Positions 10,661 to 19,909 of a stretch of 64,000 nt of DNA are shown piece after piece (position 1 is the stretch's first letter; the number at the start of each line of letters is the position of its first letter). Under the pieces are notes generated by a model. That model made no database searches. It was not told the origin of the DNA and was given only the letters and a program-made list of their open reading frames with translations. Location of the stretch: assembly GCA_030539335.1 (NCBI GenBank), contig JAUNSG010000011.1, positions 19,238-83,237 of the forward strand, written 5' to 3'. This DNA comes from Eubacteriales bacterium (GTDB lineage Bacteria; Bacillota; Clostridia; Oscillospirales; Butyricicoccaceae). Position numbers and translations under genes: made by a program.

Positions 10661-12052
10661 ATGGGAGTTCTTACAGTTACCAATCCGATGACAGGTGAGG
10701 TCCTGGACAAGTTGACACTTTCTACGCATGAGGAAGTGTCTGCAATGGTAGAGGCAGCGGTTGCAGCACAGGAAAGCTGGGCGGCAACTCCGGTTTATGA
10801 GCGTGCAAAATATTTGTACCGTTTTGCCGACGCAATGGAGCAGGAAGAAGAGGTGATTTCGCGGCTATCTTCCATCGATATGGCGAAGCCGATTGCGCAG
10901 TCCCGTATAGAGACGGCGGATGGCATCAAGCTGCTGCGTGCCGCAGCAGAGCGGGCGAAGCACCTGTATGGTGACGTCCTGTCTGACAGCGGCCCGGGGT
11001 TCGAAGGCGATCTTGTGTTCACCAAGAGGGAACCACTCGGCACAATTGCGTGCATCATCCCGTTTAACTTCCCGATTGAGCTGACGTTCCAGAAGATTGC
11101 ACCGGCTTTGGCAATGGGCAATACGGTTCTGGTTAAGGCGCCGAGTTCCAACCCGTTGGCGGTCCTGTCGCTGGACAAGTACGCCAAAGCAGCAGGTTTC
11201 CCAGAGGGCGTGGTACAATTCTTTGTCTCCGAGCGGGATGTGGTCAATGAGTGCGTGCTGGCGAATCCCAAGGTGGATGCGGTCAGCTTGACCGGCAGCA
11301 CTGCCGCAGGCAAGAAGATCGTAGAGGCAGGAGCAGACACGCTCAAGCGCACCTTCCTGGAACTGGGCGGCAATGACGCATTGATTGTTTTTGAAGATGC
11401 AGATGTTGACAGGGCCGTAGAAGAAATGGTAACCAGCCGTCTGGAAAACAACGGACAGGTATGCTGTTCGTCTAAGCGGTTTATTGTTCAGCGAAAGATT
11501 TACAATTCGGTTGCCTCCAAGCTGCTGGAAAAGCTGAGTTCCCTCAAGCGTGGCGATGCATTGGAGGAAGATGCTGTAGTCACTGCTTTGGTTTCGGAAC
11601 AAGCGGCAAAGGCGGTAGAAGAACAGATTGCACATACGATAGAACAGGGGGCAAGGCTGCTGTATGGCGGCACCAGAGACGGCGCACGCATTGAACCGAC
11701 GGTTTTGCTGGATGTAACCCCGGAAATGGACATAGCATCTAACATGGAAATTTTTGGGCCGGTATTTCCGCTGATTCCGTTTGATACGGAAGAGGAGGGG
11801 ATCTCGATTGCCAACAATTCGATCTATGGCTTGTCTTCCGGCTTGATGACCAAGGACATGAATCGCGCATTCCGTGTAGCGAGCAAGCTCAAAGCTGGCG
11901 GCGCAGTGGTCAATGGCAGCGGCGGATATCGTCATCTGGATCAGCCGTTCGGAGGATTCAAGCAGAGCGGTCTGGGCCGGGAAGGGATTAGCATTTCCCT
12001 GGAAGAGTTTAGCCATATCAAAGTTTACGTCGTCAAAGGCGCATTCAATTAA
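10661..12052 (+). CDS. NAD(P)-dependent aldehyde dehydrogenase (lactaldehyde/succinate-semialdehyde DH-like)
   Basis: IIPFNFP, TGSTAAG, LELGGND, NGQVCCS (catalytic Cys), EIFGPV. Confidence 0.93.
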   Translation: MGVLTVTNPMTGEVLDKLTLSTHEEVSAMVEAAVAAQESWAATPVYERAKYLYRFADAMEQEEEVISRLSSIDMAKPIAQSRIETADGIKLLRAAAERAKHLYGDVLSDSGPGFEGDLVFTKREPLGTIACIIPFNFPIELTFQKIAPALAMGNTVLVKAPSSNPLAVLSLDKYAKAAGFPEGVVQFFVSERDVVNECVLANPKVDAVSLTGSTAAGKKIVEAGADTLKRTFLELGGNDALIVFEDADVDRAVEEMVTSRLENNGQVCCSSKRFIVQRKIYNSVASKLLEKLSSLKRGDALEEDAVVTALVSEQAAKAVEEQIAHTIEQGARLLYGGTRDGARIEPTVLLDVTPEMDIASNMEIFGPVFPLIPFDTEEEGISIANNSIYGLSSGLMTKDMNRAFRVASKLKAGGAVVNGSGGYRHLDQPFGGFKQSGLGREGISISLEEFSHIKVYVVKGAFN

Positions 12053-12082
12053 ATTTTCCTCCTTTTTCTCTCTCTCACACAT

Positions 12083-12184
12083 AGGAAGGCGCAGCATTGC
12101 GCCTTCCTGCATGGATACAAATTCCATTTTTCGCGTAGGATGAACGAACGCCTATCTCGTAGGAAGATAGGCGTTTGTTTCTTT
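12083..12184. terminator. two hairpins between convergent ALDH and B12-enzyme genes
   Basis: AGGAAGGCGC/GCGCCTTCCT (12083-12108) and AACGAACGCCTATCT/AGATAGGCGTTTGTT (12143-12179). Confidence 0.7.
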
Positions 12185-12190
12185 GCGTGA

Positions 12191-13966
12191 TTAATCCAGG
12201 TTCGAAAGCTGCTCTACGGTCAGGGCAATATCATTTTCGGCGTGAATGCCGAGATCCATCAGCATGTCGCCAATTTCGATTGGTTCCGAGTGACCGGGAA
12301 GGATTGCATTGAGCTTGCCACCCATAAAGATCCAATATTCTTTGCCGCGTTCCTCGGCAAGCTGGATGAGCTGACGGCCATAATCCAGAGCCTGGCCGTT
12401 GTGACAGCTGATGCCGATGTACTTGGTATCCACCTCATCCGCCAGGTCAAGCATGTCAACCGCATCCATATCGACACCGGCATTGACGGTTTCCGCTCCC
12501 ATCTCCTGCAAAACACCTTCGACAAGAACCAGGCCATACGTATGGGCATCGCCGGAGCCGACCACGACCTTTTTGCCGGTCAACGAACCGCGCAGTTGCT
12601 TGGCATCCAGACCGTCGATGATTTCCTGCTTCATCGCTAAGGTCTGCCGACCGAGTACCGTAGTGTAGAACGGCTTGATTTCCGTGTTTGCTGTGCCATA
12701 GGTCGAAGAGTGGAACATTTGCTCGTAACGGATCGGGTTCATTTCTGTGAGAACCAAAAGCATTTCCACCGGATCTTCGATGTCGATCCCCGCTTCTTTC
12801 AATCCCTCTAAGCTGTTGCGGAATAGCTTTTCGCCTTCTTCTGCCATGACATCGCGCATCTTTTCCAGCGGCGCAAAGTTGAAGTACGGAAGCCATTCGT
12901 CTGCCTTCTCTTCCGCACGCTTGCCGGCGGCAAAAATATCCTCCAGCTCCTGCAGCGTTGGAACACGCAGTTTCTCGGTGATGGAAACCGGATTGATGCC
13001 CAAACCCATGTGATATTTCTTTTCGACTAGAATTTCAAACAGCATTTCCGGAACGGAAACACCATAATTGCCATGGATGTCATGATCCCACTGCAAGTTG
13101 GTAGAACCGTTTAGGTAACGGAGAACCGGCTGGTCTTCGGTGGAGAGAACCTTATGCAGAGCCATTGCTACGGCACAGCGGGTGTCATTTTCACTCAGAA
13201 GACCGCCAAAGCCAATGGTATAGCGGGCGCCGCATAGGGTTGTGCAGATGTAGTGCTCCAACATGGCATAGCCAATATAGGAGGCGCAGTCCAAAAAGTA
13301 TCCGGCGTAACCGTCATCCAGATAGGTTTTTACTTCAAAGTATTCGTCACGTTTGGAGGCGACAACGCCCAGCGCTTTGACCATATTACACATGCGTTCG
13401 ACGTTGTCGTCATAGCCGAAAAAGCCCCAGTTAAACTGGCAGAATTCACCGATGGTTGGCGAACCATACTCTATTGCGAGAATGGTATTGGCCAGGCCGT
13501 TCGGTGTCGAGAGATGATAATCGTTGAAGGAGATATCGATCGGGCAGGCGTACTGCTGTACGGCGTAATCCTCCGGGGAATACATCTCATAGCTGGTAGT
13601 CGCGGGAGCCTTTTCACGCCATTCCGGAGGGAGGGCAACCAGGCCGCTTGGAATAGACTGAATCGAATGGATTTCCAGACCGGACCGCTGGGAGAATTCA
13701 TACAGCTTCTTTTCTGCCTCTACCTGTTCCTCCAGGGTGGCAAGTCCCAGAAGGATATTCCAATAGATTTTTCCCTGTTTCATCAAATCACGCTTCATTT
13801 CCGCATGATTTTTATATTTGTCCTGGCTGCGGATAAACCCACCGCGGCCAGCCTGGATGCTGTTGCCGATTTCTATGCCTTCCTTCAGCATGTCGCGTCC
13901 GTCGGGATGCTTTCCGGGCTTCAGGCTTTGAAGATATTCCAGCGAGACTTGATTTAGATGACCCAT
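12191..13966 (-). CDS. cobalamin-binding enzyme, 2-methyleneglutarate-mutase-like (putative AdoCbl radical mutase/lyase)
   Basis: 591 aa; C-terminal B12 Rossmann domain with SGDAHTYG (DxHxxG, His475), GISCHNG, FMGGKL; N-terminal segments (YLDDGYAG, ASYIG) match my recollection of Mgm; no CxxxCxxC. Confidence 0.75.
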   Translation of the reverse strand: MGHLNQVSLEYLQSLKPGKHPDGRDMLKEGIEIGNSIQAGRGGFIRSQDKYKNHAEMKRDLMKQGKIYWNILLGLATLEEQVEAEKKLYEFSQRSGLEIHSIQSIPSGLVALPPEWREKAPATTSYEMYSPEDYAVQQYACPIDISFNDYHLSTPNGLANTILAIEYGSPTIGEFCQFNWGFFGYDDNVERMCNMVKALGVVASKRDEYFEVKTYLDDGYAGYFLDCASYIGYAMLEHYICTTLCGARYTIGFGGLLSENDTRCAVAMALHKVLSTEDQPVLRYLNGSTNLQWDHDIHGNYGVSVPEMLFEILVEKKYHMGLGINPVSITEKLRVPTLQELEDIFAAGKRAEEKADEWLPYFNFAPLEKMRDVMAEEGEKLFRNSLEGLKEAGIDIEDPVEMLLVLTEMNPIRYEQMFHSSTYGTANTEIKPFYTTVLGRQTLAMKQEIIDGLDAKQLRGSLTGKKVVVGSGDAHTYGLVLVEGVLQEMGAETVNAGVDMDAVDMLDLADEVDTKYIGISCHNGQALDYGRQLIQLAEERGKEYWIFMGGKLNAILPGHSEPIEIGDMLMDLGIHAENDIALTVEQLSNLD

Positions 13967-13990
13967 AATTGTGTTCTCCTTTTTATTTTT

Positions 13991-15931
13991 TTAGGTCCAT
14001 TGCGGACTGCCGATAGCAGTAGCAACAATCTTTGATTGAATAAATGTTTTTTCTTCCGAGCCGACCGATTGGGTATAGGTTGGGATGATGGAATGACCAA
14101 CCGCACAGTTTCCACCGCCAGCGAGCGTTGCCTTCGCAGCGGCTTCGGTTTCGACCGTCTGAATGGCCCATTTTTCCGCGTCCTGCAAGTTGGGAAACCA
14201 GGTTGCTCCCCGCACGGAATGGACGACAAACCCTTTGTGATACTGGTCCGGACGAATTAAAGCCTCCGCAGTCAGAAGAACTTGCCCGACAGCGGCGCCG
14301 ATTGCATTGGCGACTTCTGCGTGTTCCGGAATCGTCAGATCCGTGTCAAGGGATTGACTGACCGTTGGAAACCAGGCAGCGACGGGCGCTCCGATTGCGA
14401 CGATTGGTTTTTTTAAAGACAGCTGTGACCGGAGGATTGGGTGATCGGAATCCAGCAGGAAACGGATACTTGGATGATAGAAATTGAATGTGCTGTGTTC
14501 GAAGTCCGCTGTGCTTTGCAGGCAGGCGATCTGAAGCTGACGATGGACTGCATCCAGACAGCTTTGCAAAAAGGAATCCGGAGTTTGTGCGGCCCGCTTT
14601 GCCAGAATGCCCAGTGCAGCGGCGGATGTTTTCGAATTTCCATGTACACGGCCGGCAGCATGAAGCAGATCGGTTGGCGTCAATGAGCACCGCTGCAACA
14701 CCCCGCGGCTGACATAGGAATCAAAGTCCAGCTTATCAAAGTCATGCCCCATCTTTTCGGAAAGATAGAACCGGGTATGCGGACCGTCGCGGAGGAGGGA
14801 AGTGAGTTTTTGCTCCTCGTAGTCCGCCTGCTCGGAAGGCTGTAGAAGTGTATAGCAGTCTACCGCCTGGCCGGTAAAGATCTCATGGGAATAGGAAGGC
14901 AGATAGGTTTCCCATTCCGCGATTAAATTGGGATTTTCCGTACCGGCCAGACAGAGCGGAATGACACGCTGTGGGCCGACAACAATATCCCCTTTGATAT
15001 TCCACTGGATGTAACTGTCACCGCCGATCCCATGTGTGGATATTTCAGCGGCACGCAGCTGTGTTTTCCAGCCGCCCACCGTAGCGCCGGAGTCCGAGAG
15101 GGAGATCTGTCCCTTGGTTACATTGGCGATATCCGTCGTCGTGCCGCCCATGTCAATGATGAGCGCGTCCTTGGACTGGGTTAAAAATAATCCGCCGGAG
15201 ATACTTGCAGCCGGGCCGGACAGGACCGTTTCGATCGGGCGGTTCAAGGCGAATTGATCCAACATCAGCGTGCCGTCGCCGCGGACAACCATGCACGGGG
15301 CATGGATGTTTCGCTCCTTTAACGCCCTCTGTACGGCGGCGATGAGGTGGGTGATATTGGGGATTAGAGCGGCATTCAGAACTGCGGTAACCGTGCGGTC
15401 GAAAAAGCCTAACGAATTGCTCAGTTCGTGCGCGCAGACAACCGGGATGGAGAGAATGCGCTGCACAGACGCTTTGACCTGAAGCTCATGCGCAGGGTTC
15501 CGCACGCTGGCAAAGCCGGAGATCGCAACCGCATCGATCTGACCACGCCAAGAAGCGGCAATCGACTCGATTTCGGCGGATTGCATAGGTTCTTTTTCTC
15601 GCCCTTTGATATCCAACTGCCCGGCGATCTGGTGGAGCTTATGCGCGGGAACTGCCTGCGCGTCTAAGGGACGCCCCATATACAGCAGACCGACCCGTCC
15701 TCCTCTCCCTTCCACCACGGCATTCGTAGCAAGCGTGGTGGAAAGGCAGACTGTAGAAATGGCATCCGGCTGCGAAAAGTGCAGATGTTCCAGGCTTTTG
15801 ACGATGCCGTGCAGCAGATTATTTTTTGTGGTATATGCTTTGGCTTTGTGAAGAATTCGGCGGCTGGCCGCGTCGATGATGACACTATCCGTGAAGGTTC
15901 CGCCCGTATCAATTCCGAGAATCACAGACAT
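13991..15931 (-). CDS. hydantoinase/oxoprolinase A-family ASKHA ATPase without a B subunit
   Basis: GIDTGGTFTD, IDMGGTTTD, SGPAAS, GIGGDS, ANAIGAA; 646 aa. Confidence 0.85.
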   Translation of the reverse strand: MSVILGIDTGGTFTDSVIIDAASRRILHKAKAYTTKNNLLHGIVKSLEHLHFSQPDAISTVCLSTTLATNAVVEGRGGRVGLLYMGRPLDAQAVPAHKLHQIAGQLDIKGREKEPMQSAEIESIAASWRGQIDAVAISGFASVRNPAHELQVKASVQRILSIPVVCAHELSNSLGFFDRTVTAVLNAALIPNITHLIAAVQRALKERNIHAPCMVVRGDGTLMLDQFALNRPIETVLSGPAASISGGLFLTQSKDALIIDMGGTTTDIANVTKGQISLSDSGATVGGWKTQLRAAEISTHGIGGDSYIQWNIKGDIVVGPQRVIPLCLAGTENPNLIAEWETYLPSYSHEIFTGQAVDCYTLLQPSEQADYEEQKLTSLLRDGPHTRFYLSEKMGHDFDKLDFDSYVSRGVLQRCSLTPTDLLHAAGRVHGNSKTSAAALGILAKRAAQTPDSFLQSCLDAVHRQLQIACLQSTADFEHSTFNFYHPSIRFLLDSDHPILRSQLSLKKPIVAIGAPVAAWFPTVSQSLDTDLTIPEHAEVANAIGAAVGQVLLTAEALIRPDQYHKGFVVHSVRGATWFPNLQDAEKWAIQTVETEAAAKATLAGGGNCAVGHSIIPTYTQSVGSEEKTFIQSKIVATAIGSPQWT

Positions 15932-16077
15932 GGAAATTCCTCCGTTTCCGACGGGAATATACCCAGGATAGGGAAACAGAGGCTGGCCAAATGGCTCAGC
16001 CTCTGCCTCCGCAAGTGTTTGTACATAGTGTGTGAAAAGGAAGTTGGATGTATACGAATTTGGTATGGAATTGTTTT

Positions 16078-17493
16078 TTACTTGATGTTGTATGTCTCAG
16101 AAACCTTGGCGATTTCAGCATCCAGGATATCAAAAATTTCGTCGACCTGTGCAATGGTGAGGTTGATCGGCGGGATAAAGGACAGGCGGTTGCCATAATA
16201 GCCGTTCAGCTGGGCGAGCAGACCGGCATCGCGCAGATTATTGACCAGTGCATGTGCTTCTTTCTTGGCCGGCTCCTTTGTCGTGCGGTCCCGAACCAGC
16301 TCCAGACCGAAGTATACGCCCTTTGCCGAGTAGGTACCAACGATGGGATACTTCTCCATGAGCTGATCCGCTCTCTTAACGATCTGCTCTCCGGCTCTGG
16401 TGCAGACCTCCAGAAGGTTGTCTTCTTCGATAATGTCAAGAACCGTGTTTGCTACGCGGCAGCCCATGGAATAGCCGGCATAGGTAGAGCAGATGAAGCT
16501 TACGTCAATGTCTTCAAACAGTTCGGCACGGCCGACGATACCAGACATTGGGATACCGGCGCCAAGCGCTTTGCCGAAGACCAGGATATCCGGGGCGACA
16601 TTTTCGTGCTCACATGCCCACATCTTGCCGGTACGGCCCATACCCGTCTGAACTTCGTCAAAGATCAGCAGGAAGCCGTATTTATCGGCCAGCTTGCGCA
16701 GTTCTCTGAGGAAGCCTTCCGGCGGAACGATGTATCCGGCCGAGCTTTGGCAGGGCTCAACGATCAGAGCAGCGACGTTGCAGATACCGGAATCCGGAGC
16801 ACCCATCGGCGTAACGCTGGTTGACATCATATTATCGATGAGCTGGACACACTGCTTTGCGCAATCGACACCGTCGCCGTCACCGTACGGGTTGCGGTAC
16901 GCATAGGGATAAGGGAACTGGTGGATGCAATTGTCCTGGGCCGGCATCGGGTTGTAATAGCTGGTCATGCGGCCGGAGCCGGTCAGTCCCATGGTCGCGG
17001 AGTTCTGGCCATGATAGGCGCCATAGAATGAAATGATGTGCTGGCGCTTGGTTGCATAGCGTGCCAAACGGATTGCATTTTCGACTGCATCCGAGCCGGA
17101 CAGGGCCAGACGGACACGCTTCGGGAAGTCACCCGGCGTGATGTCGATCAGACGGTTTACCAGCTTCAAACGCTCCGGAGTCGGGAAGTCAAACCAGAAA
17201 TCCAGCTCATTCATATACTGGTCGTACATTGCGTCGGCAATGCGCTTGTCAGAGTGGCCGAGGTTCATAGCGGACATGCCGGAGATACAGTCGATGTATT
17301 CCTTACCGTCAACGTCCCAGATGCGGTTACCCTTGCCTCTTTTGATAATCTGCGGATAGTCCCACTTGGTGAAGAGAACATTGCCCGGATGCTCGTGCTT
17401 CAGGAAGTCAATCAGCCCTTCCTTGTTGCCCGGAGTGACGCTCTCTGCGTTTTCAATGCGTTCCAGCAGTGCTTCATAAGGCTTCTTTGCCAT
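16078..17493 (-). CDS. class III PLP aminotransferase (omega-amine/GABA aminotransferase-like)
   Basis: SGSDAVE, AYHG, IFDEVQTGMGRTG, FGKALGAG (PLP Lys), STYAG. Confidence 0.93.
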   Translation of the reverse strand: MAKKPYEALLERIENAESVTPGNKEGLIDFLKHEHPGNVLFTKWDYPQIIKRGKGNRIWDVDGKEYIDCISGMSAMNLGHSDKRIADAMYDQYMNELDFWFDFPTPERLKLVNRLIDITPGDFPKRVRLALSGSDAVENAIRLARYATKRQHIISFYGAYHGQNSATMGLTGSGRMTSYYNPMPAQDNCIHQFPYPYAYRNPYGDGDGVDCAKQCVQLIDNMMSTSVTPMGAPDSGICNVAALIVEPCQSSAGYIVPPEGFLRELRKLADKYGFLLIFDEVQTGMGRTGKMWACEHENVAPDILVFGKALGAGIPMSGIVGRAELFEDIDVSFICSTYAGYSMGCRVANTVLDIIEEDNLLEVCTRAGEQIVKRADQLMEKYPIVGTYSAKGVYFGLELVRDRTTKEPAKKEAHALVNNLRDAGLLAQLNGYYGNRLSFIPPINLTIAQVDEIFDILDAEIAKVSETYNIK

Positions 17494-17506
17494 GATTCAT
17501 ACCTCC

Positions 17507-17523
17507 ATATATTAATATATTAG
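17507..17523 (-). promoter_or_regulatory. operator copy abutting the aminotransferase RBS
   Basis: ATATATTAATATATTAG directly upstream of the GGAGGT RBS. Confidence 0.75.
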
Positions 17524-17604
17524 ATTGGCTGATTTTTTTGGGCACAATCGATCTGTTTGAGGCCGATGTACCCAATGGAGATGCCGCTCCGTGATTTGTT
17601 ATAA

Positions 17605-17635
17605 ATATATTAATATATTAGTGCGAAAGTGTCAA
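17605..17635 (-). promoter_or_regulatory. sigmaA promoter with operator (aminotransferase-ATPase-mutase operon)
   Basis: minus strand TTGACA (17635-17630)-N17-TAATAT (17612-17607); ATATATTAATATATTAG at 17605-17621. Confidence 0.8.
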
Positions 17636-17679
17636 GGGGAAAATGAAAAAAACAAAGAGAAAAATTTTTGTGAAAGGTG

Positions 17680-17712
17680 TTGACAAACAATGAGTAATAT
17701 ATTAATATATAA
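17680..17712 (+). promoter_or_regulatory. sigmaA promoter with operator (ald)
   Basis: TTGACA 17680-17685, N17, TAATAT 17703-17708; TAATATATTAATATAT. Confidence 0.8.
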
Positions 17713-17787
17713 GAAAGAAGGCGGACAACCAATTCGAGTGCGCTGGAAAGTTCAAGCATATTCTATAGAATAAAGGAGTGTACAAAA

Positions 17788-18903
17788 ATGATCGTAGGAC
17801 TGGTTAAAGAAATCAAGAATCACGAGTACCGCGTGGGACTGACCCCGAATGATGTCAAGGCATATGTGGATGCCGGCAATAAAGTGATCGTTGAAACTGC
17901 CGCGGGTGAGGGCTCCGGGTTTACCAATGAGGAGTACACAGCAGCCGGCGCGGCCATTCTGGATACTGCGGCGGAAGTATGGGCCAAGGCTGACATGATC
18001 GTCAAGGTAAAGGAGCCGATTGCGTCGGAATATCCGTATCTGAAGAAGGATCAGATTCTGTATACTTATCTGCATCTGGCTGCGGACCGTCCGTTGACCG
18101 AGGCCCTCTTGAAGGCTGGAACCAAGGCGGTTGCTTATGAGACCATCACTGGAAAGAACGGCGGCCTGCCGTGCCTGACCCCGATGAGCCAGATTGCCGG
18201 ACGCATGGCGATTCAGGAGGGCGCGAAGTATTTGGAGAAGCCGTTCGGTGGCCGCGGCATGCTCTTAGCTGGCGTTCCGGGCGTTGAGAAGGCAAATGTT
18301 GTGATTCTTGGCGGCGGCGGAGTTGGAACCAATGCGTGCAAGATGGCGGTTGGAATGGGTGCAAATGTAACGATTCTGGACGTAAGTGCAGAGCGTCTGG
18401 CCTATTTAGATGATATTTTTGGAAGCCGCATCCAGACGCTGTACAGCAGCCGTGCAAATATTCTGGAATCCATCGCAAAGGCAGACCTGGTAATCGGCGC
18501 TGTTCTGCTGCCGGGCCGCAAGACACCGAACCTGATTCGGAAGGATGACCTGAAGCTCATGAAGAAGGGTGCGGTTGTCGTAGATGTTGCCGTTGACCAG
18601 GGCGGATGCATCGAGACGACCCATGCCACCACGCACGAGGAACCGGTATTCCTTGTAGATGGCATTGTTCACTACTGCGTTGCGAATATGCCGGGTGCCG
18701 TTTCGCGTACCTCGACGCTGGCGCTGGCAAACACCACACTGGCCCATGGCCTGGCGCTGGCAAACAAGGGATTCGAGCAGGCGATCAGAGAAGATGCTTG
18801 CCTGGCACAGGGAGTGAACTGCTACGACGGCAAGTGCACCTATGCCGGTGTTGCAGAAGCGCTGGACCTGGAGTTCCATGATATCCATGATCTGATTGGT
18901 TAA
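17788..18903 (+). CDS. ald: alanine dehydrogenase
   Basis: KEIKNHEYRVGLTP, KVKEP, YLHLAA, VILGGGGVG, DVAVDQGG, YCVANMPG. Confidence 0.96.
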   Translation: MIVGLVKEIKNHEYRVGLTPNDVKAYVDAGNKVIVETAAGEGSGFTNEEYTAAGAAILDTAAEVWAKADMIVKVKEPIASEYPYLKKDQILYTYLHLAADRPLTEALLKAGTKAVAYETITGKNGGLPCLTPMSQIAGRMAIQEGAKYLEKPFGGRGMLLAGVPGVEKANVVILGGGGVGTNACKMAVGMGANVTILDVSAERLAYLDDIFGSRIQTLYSSRANILESIAKADLVIGAVLLPGRKTPNLIRKDDLKLMKKGAVVVDVAVDQGGCIETTHATTHEEPVFLVDGIVHYCVANMPGAVSRTSTLALANTTLAHGLALANKGFEQAIREDACLAQGVNCYDGKCTYAGVAEALDLEFHDIHDLIG

Positions 18904-18950
18904 TCCAAATCATACATAGACAGTAATTCCTCTCTTAATTTCTGTGATGA

Positions 18951-18985
18951 AAGCCCTCCGACTTGCCACGGAGGGCTTCTTCCTT
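18951..18985 (+). terminator. terminator after ald
   Basis: AAGCCCTCCG/CGGAGGGCTT stem followed by a pyrimidine run. Confidence 0.7.
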
Positions 18986-19006
18986 ATATCGAAGGATAAA
19001 AAGTAC

Positions 19007-19048
19007 TTGATTTTGATGGCAAAATAGATTAAAGTATTAATATATTAG
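19007..19048 (+). promoter_or_regulatory. promoter with operator (alpha/beta hydrolase)
   Basis: TTGATT-N17-TAAAGT, then GTATTAATATATTAG at 19034-19048. Confidence 0.65.
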
Positions 19049-19066
19049 AAAGTGAGGGCGGTTGAT

Positions 19067-19846
19067 ATGAAATCAATATGCTATTCCAGCCGTGGCCAGA
19101 CTGTTTTCGGGTATGCACATGTACCTCAGACCAGGGGGAAAGCGCCGGCAATTCTGATGTGCCACGGATTTACGGGCTGTGCACAGGAAGGATCACGGCT
19201 GTTTGTACGATTTGCAGAGCAGGCATGCCGGCTTGGATTTTATGTCATGCGGATCGATTTTTTGGGTTCGGGGAACAGCGAACTGGATTTTGCAACGTAT
19301 ACTACGCCAAGCGGATGGATTGAGGACGCGAAAAATGGCATCCGGTTTTTAAAAGAGCAGCCGGAGGTGGACCCGGATCGGATCGCGATTCTTGGAGTCA
19401 GTCTCGGCGGATTTACTGCACTCATGACAGGAGCGGAGACCGATGTCGCGGCGGTGGTCGGCTGGGCTCCGGTGCTCAATCCTGCAAAAACCTTCCGTGG
19501 GATTTTGACGGAAAATAATTGGGATTATCTATTGGCGGGAAACCGGACAATCGAGTATATCTACTGTGGAAATCATTTTGCAGTCGGCAGTAAATTTGTA
19601 CAGGATCTGGAACGAATGTCGGTAACGGAGAGCTTAAAGCGGTATCGGGATATCCCGGTCTTGATTATGCAGGGAAGCAGCGATGCGGTGATCGACCCGC
19701 AGGATTCCGTAAAGCTGAAGCAATCCGGCGTATTCCCCTTTCAGCATGTCATGGTTGAAGGGGAAGAGCATTCCTTCCTGCTCCATGAGAAGAGCAATTT
19801 TTCCACGACGCTCGACTTCTTGCGCCGGGCGTTACTGGCCGTATAA
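19067..19846 (+). CDS. alpha/beta-fold serine hydrolase (esterase/amidase-like)
   Basis: CHGFTG, GVSLGG nucleophile elbow, DAVID, EEHSF; ATG at 19067 preferred over GTG at 19052. Confidence 0.88.
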   Translation: MKSICYSSRGQTVFGYAHVPQTRGKAPAILMCHGFTGCAQEGSRLFVRFAEQACRLGFYVMRIDFLGSGNSELDFATYTTPSGWIEDAKNGIRFLKEQPEVDPDRIAILGVSLGGFTALMTGAETDVAAVVGWAPVLNPAKTFRGILTENNWDYLLAGNRTIEYIYCGNHFAVGSKFVQDLERMSVTESLKRYRDIPVLIMQGSSDAVIDPQDSVKLKQSGVFPFQHVMVEGEEHSFLLHEKSNFSTTLDFLRRALLAV

Positions 19847-19909
19847 CGGTATGCATACCGATAAAAAAAGAAGCTGCATCGAGACAGCATCGATGCTGCT
19901 TCTTTCCTT

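Noticed and set aside
12191-13966. Lysine/ornithine aminomutase or B12-radical SAM assignment
   Set aside because: No PLP-Lys insert after DxHxxG, no partner subunit and no CxxxCxxC motif.
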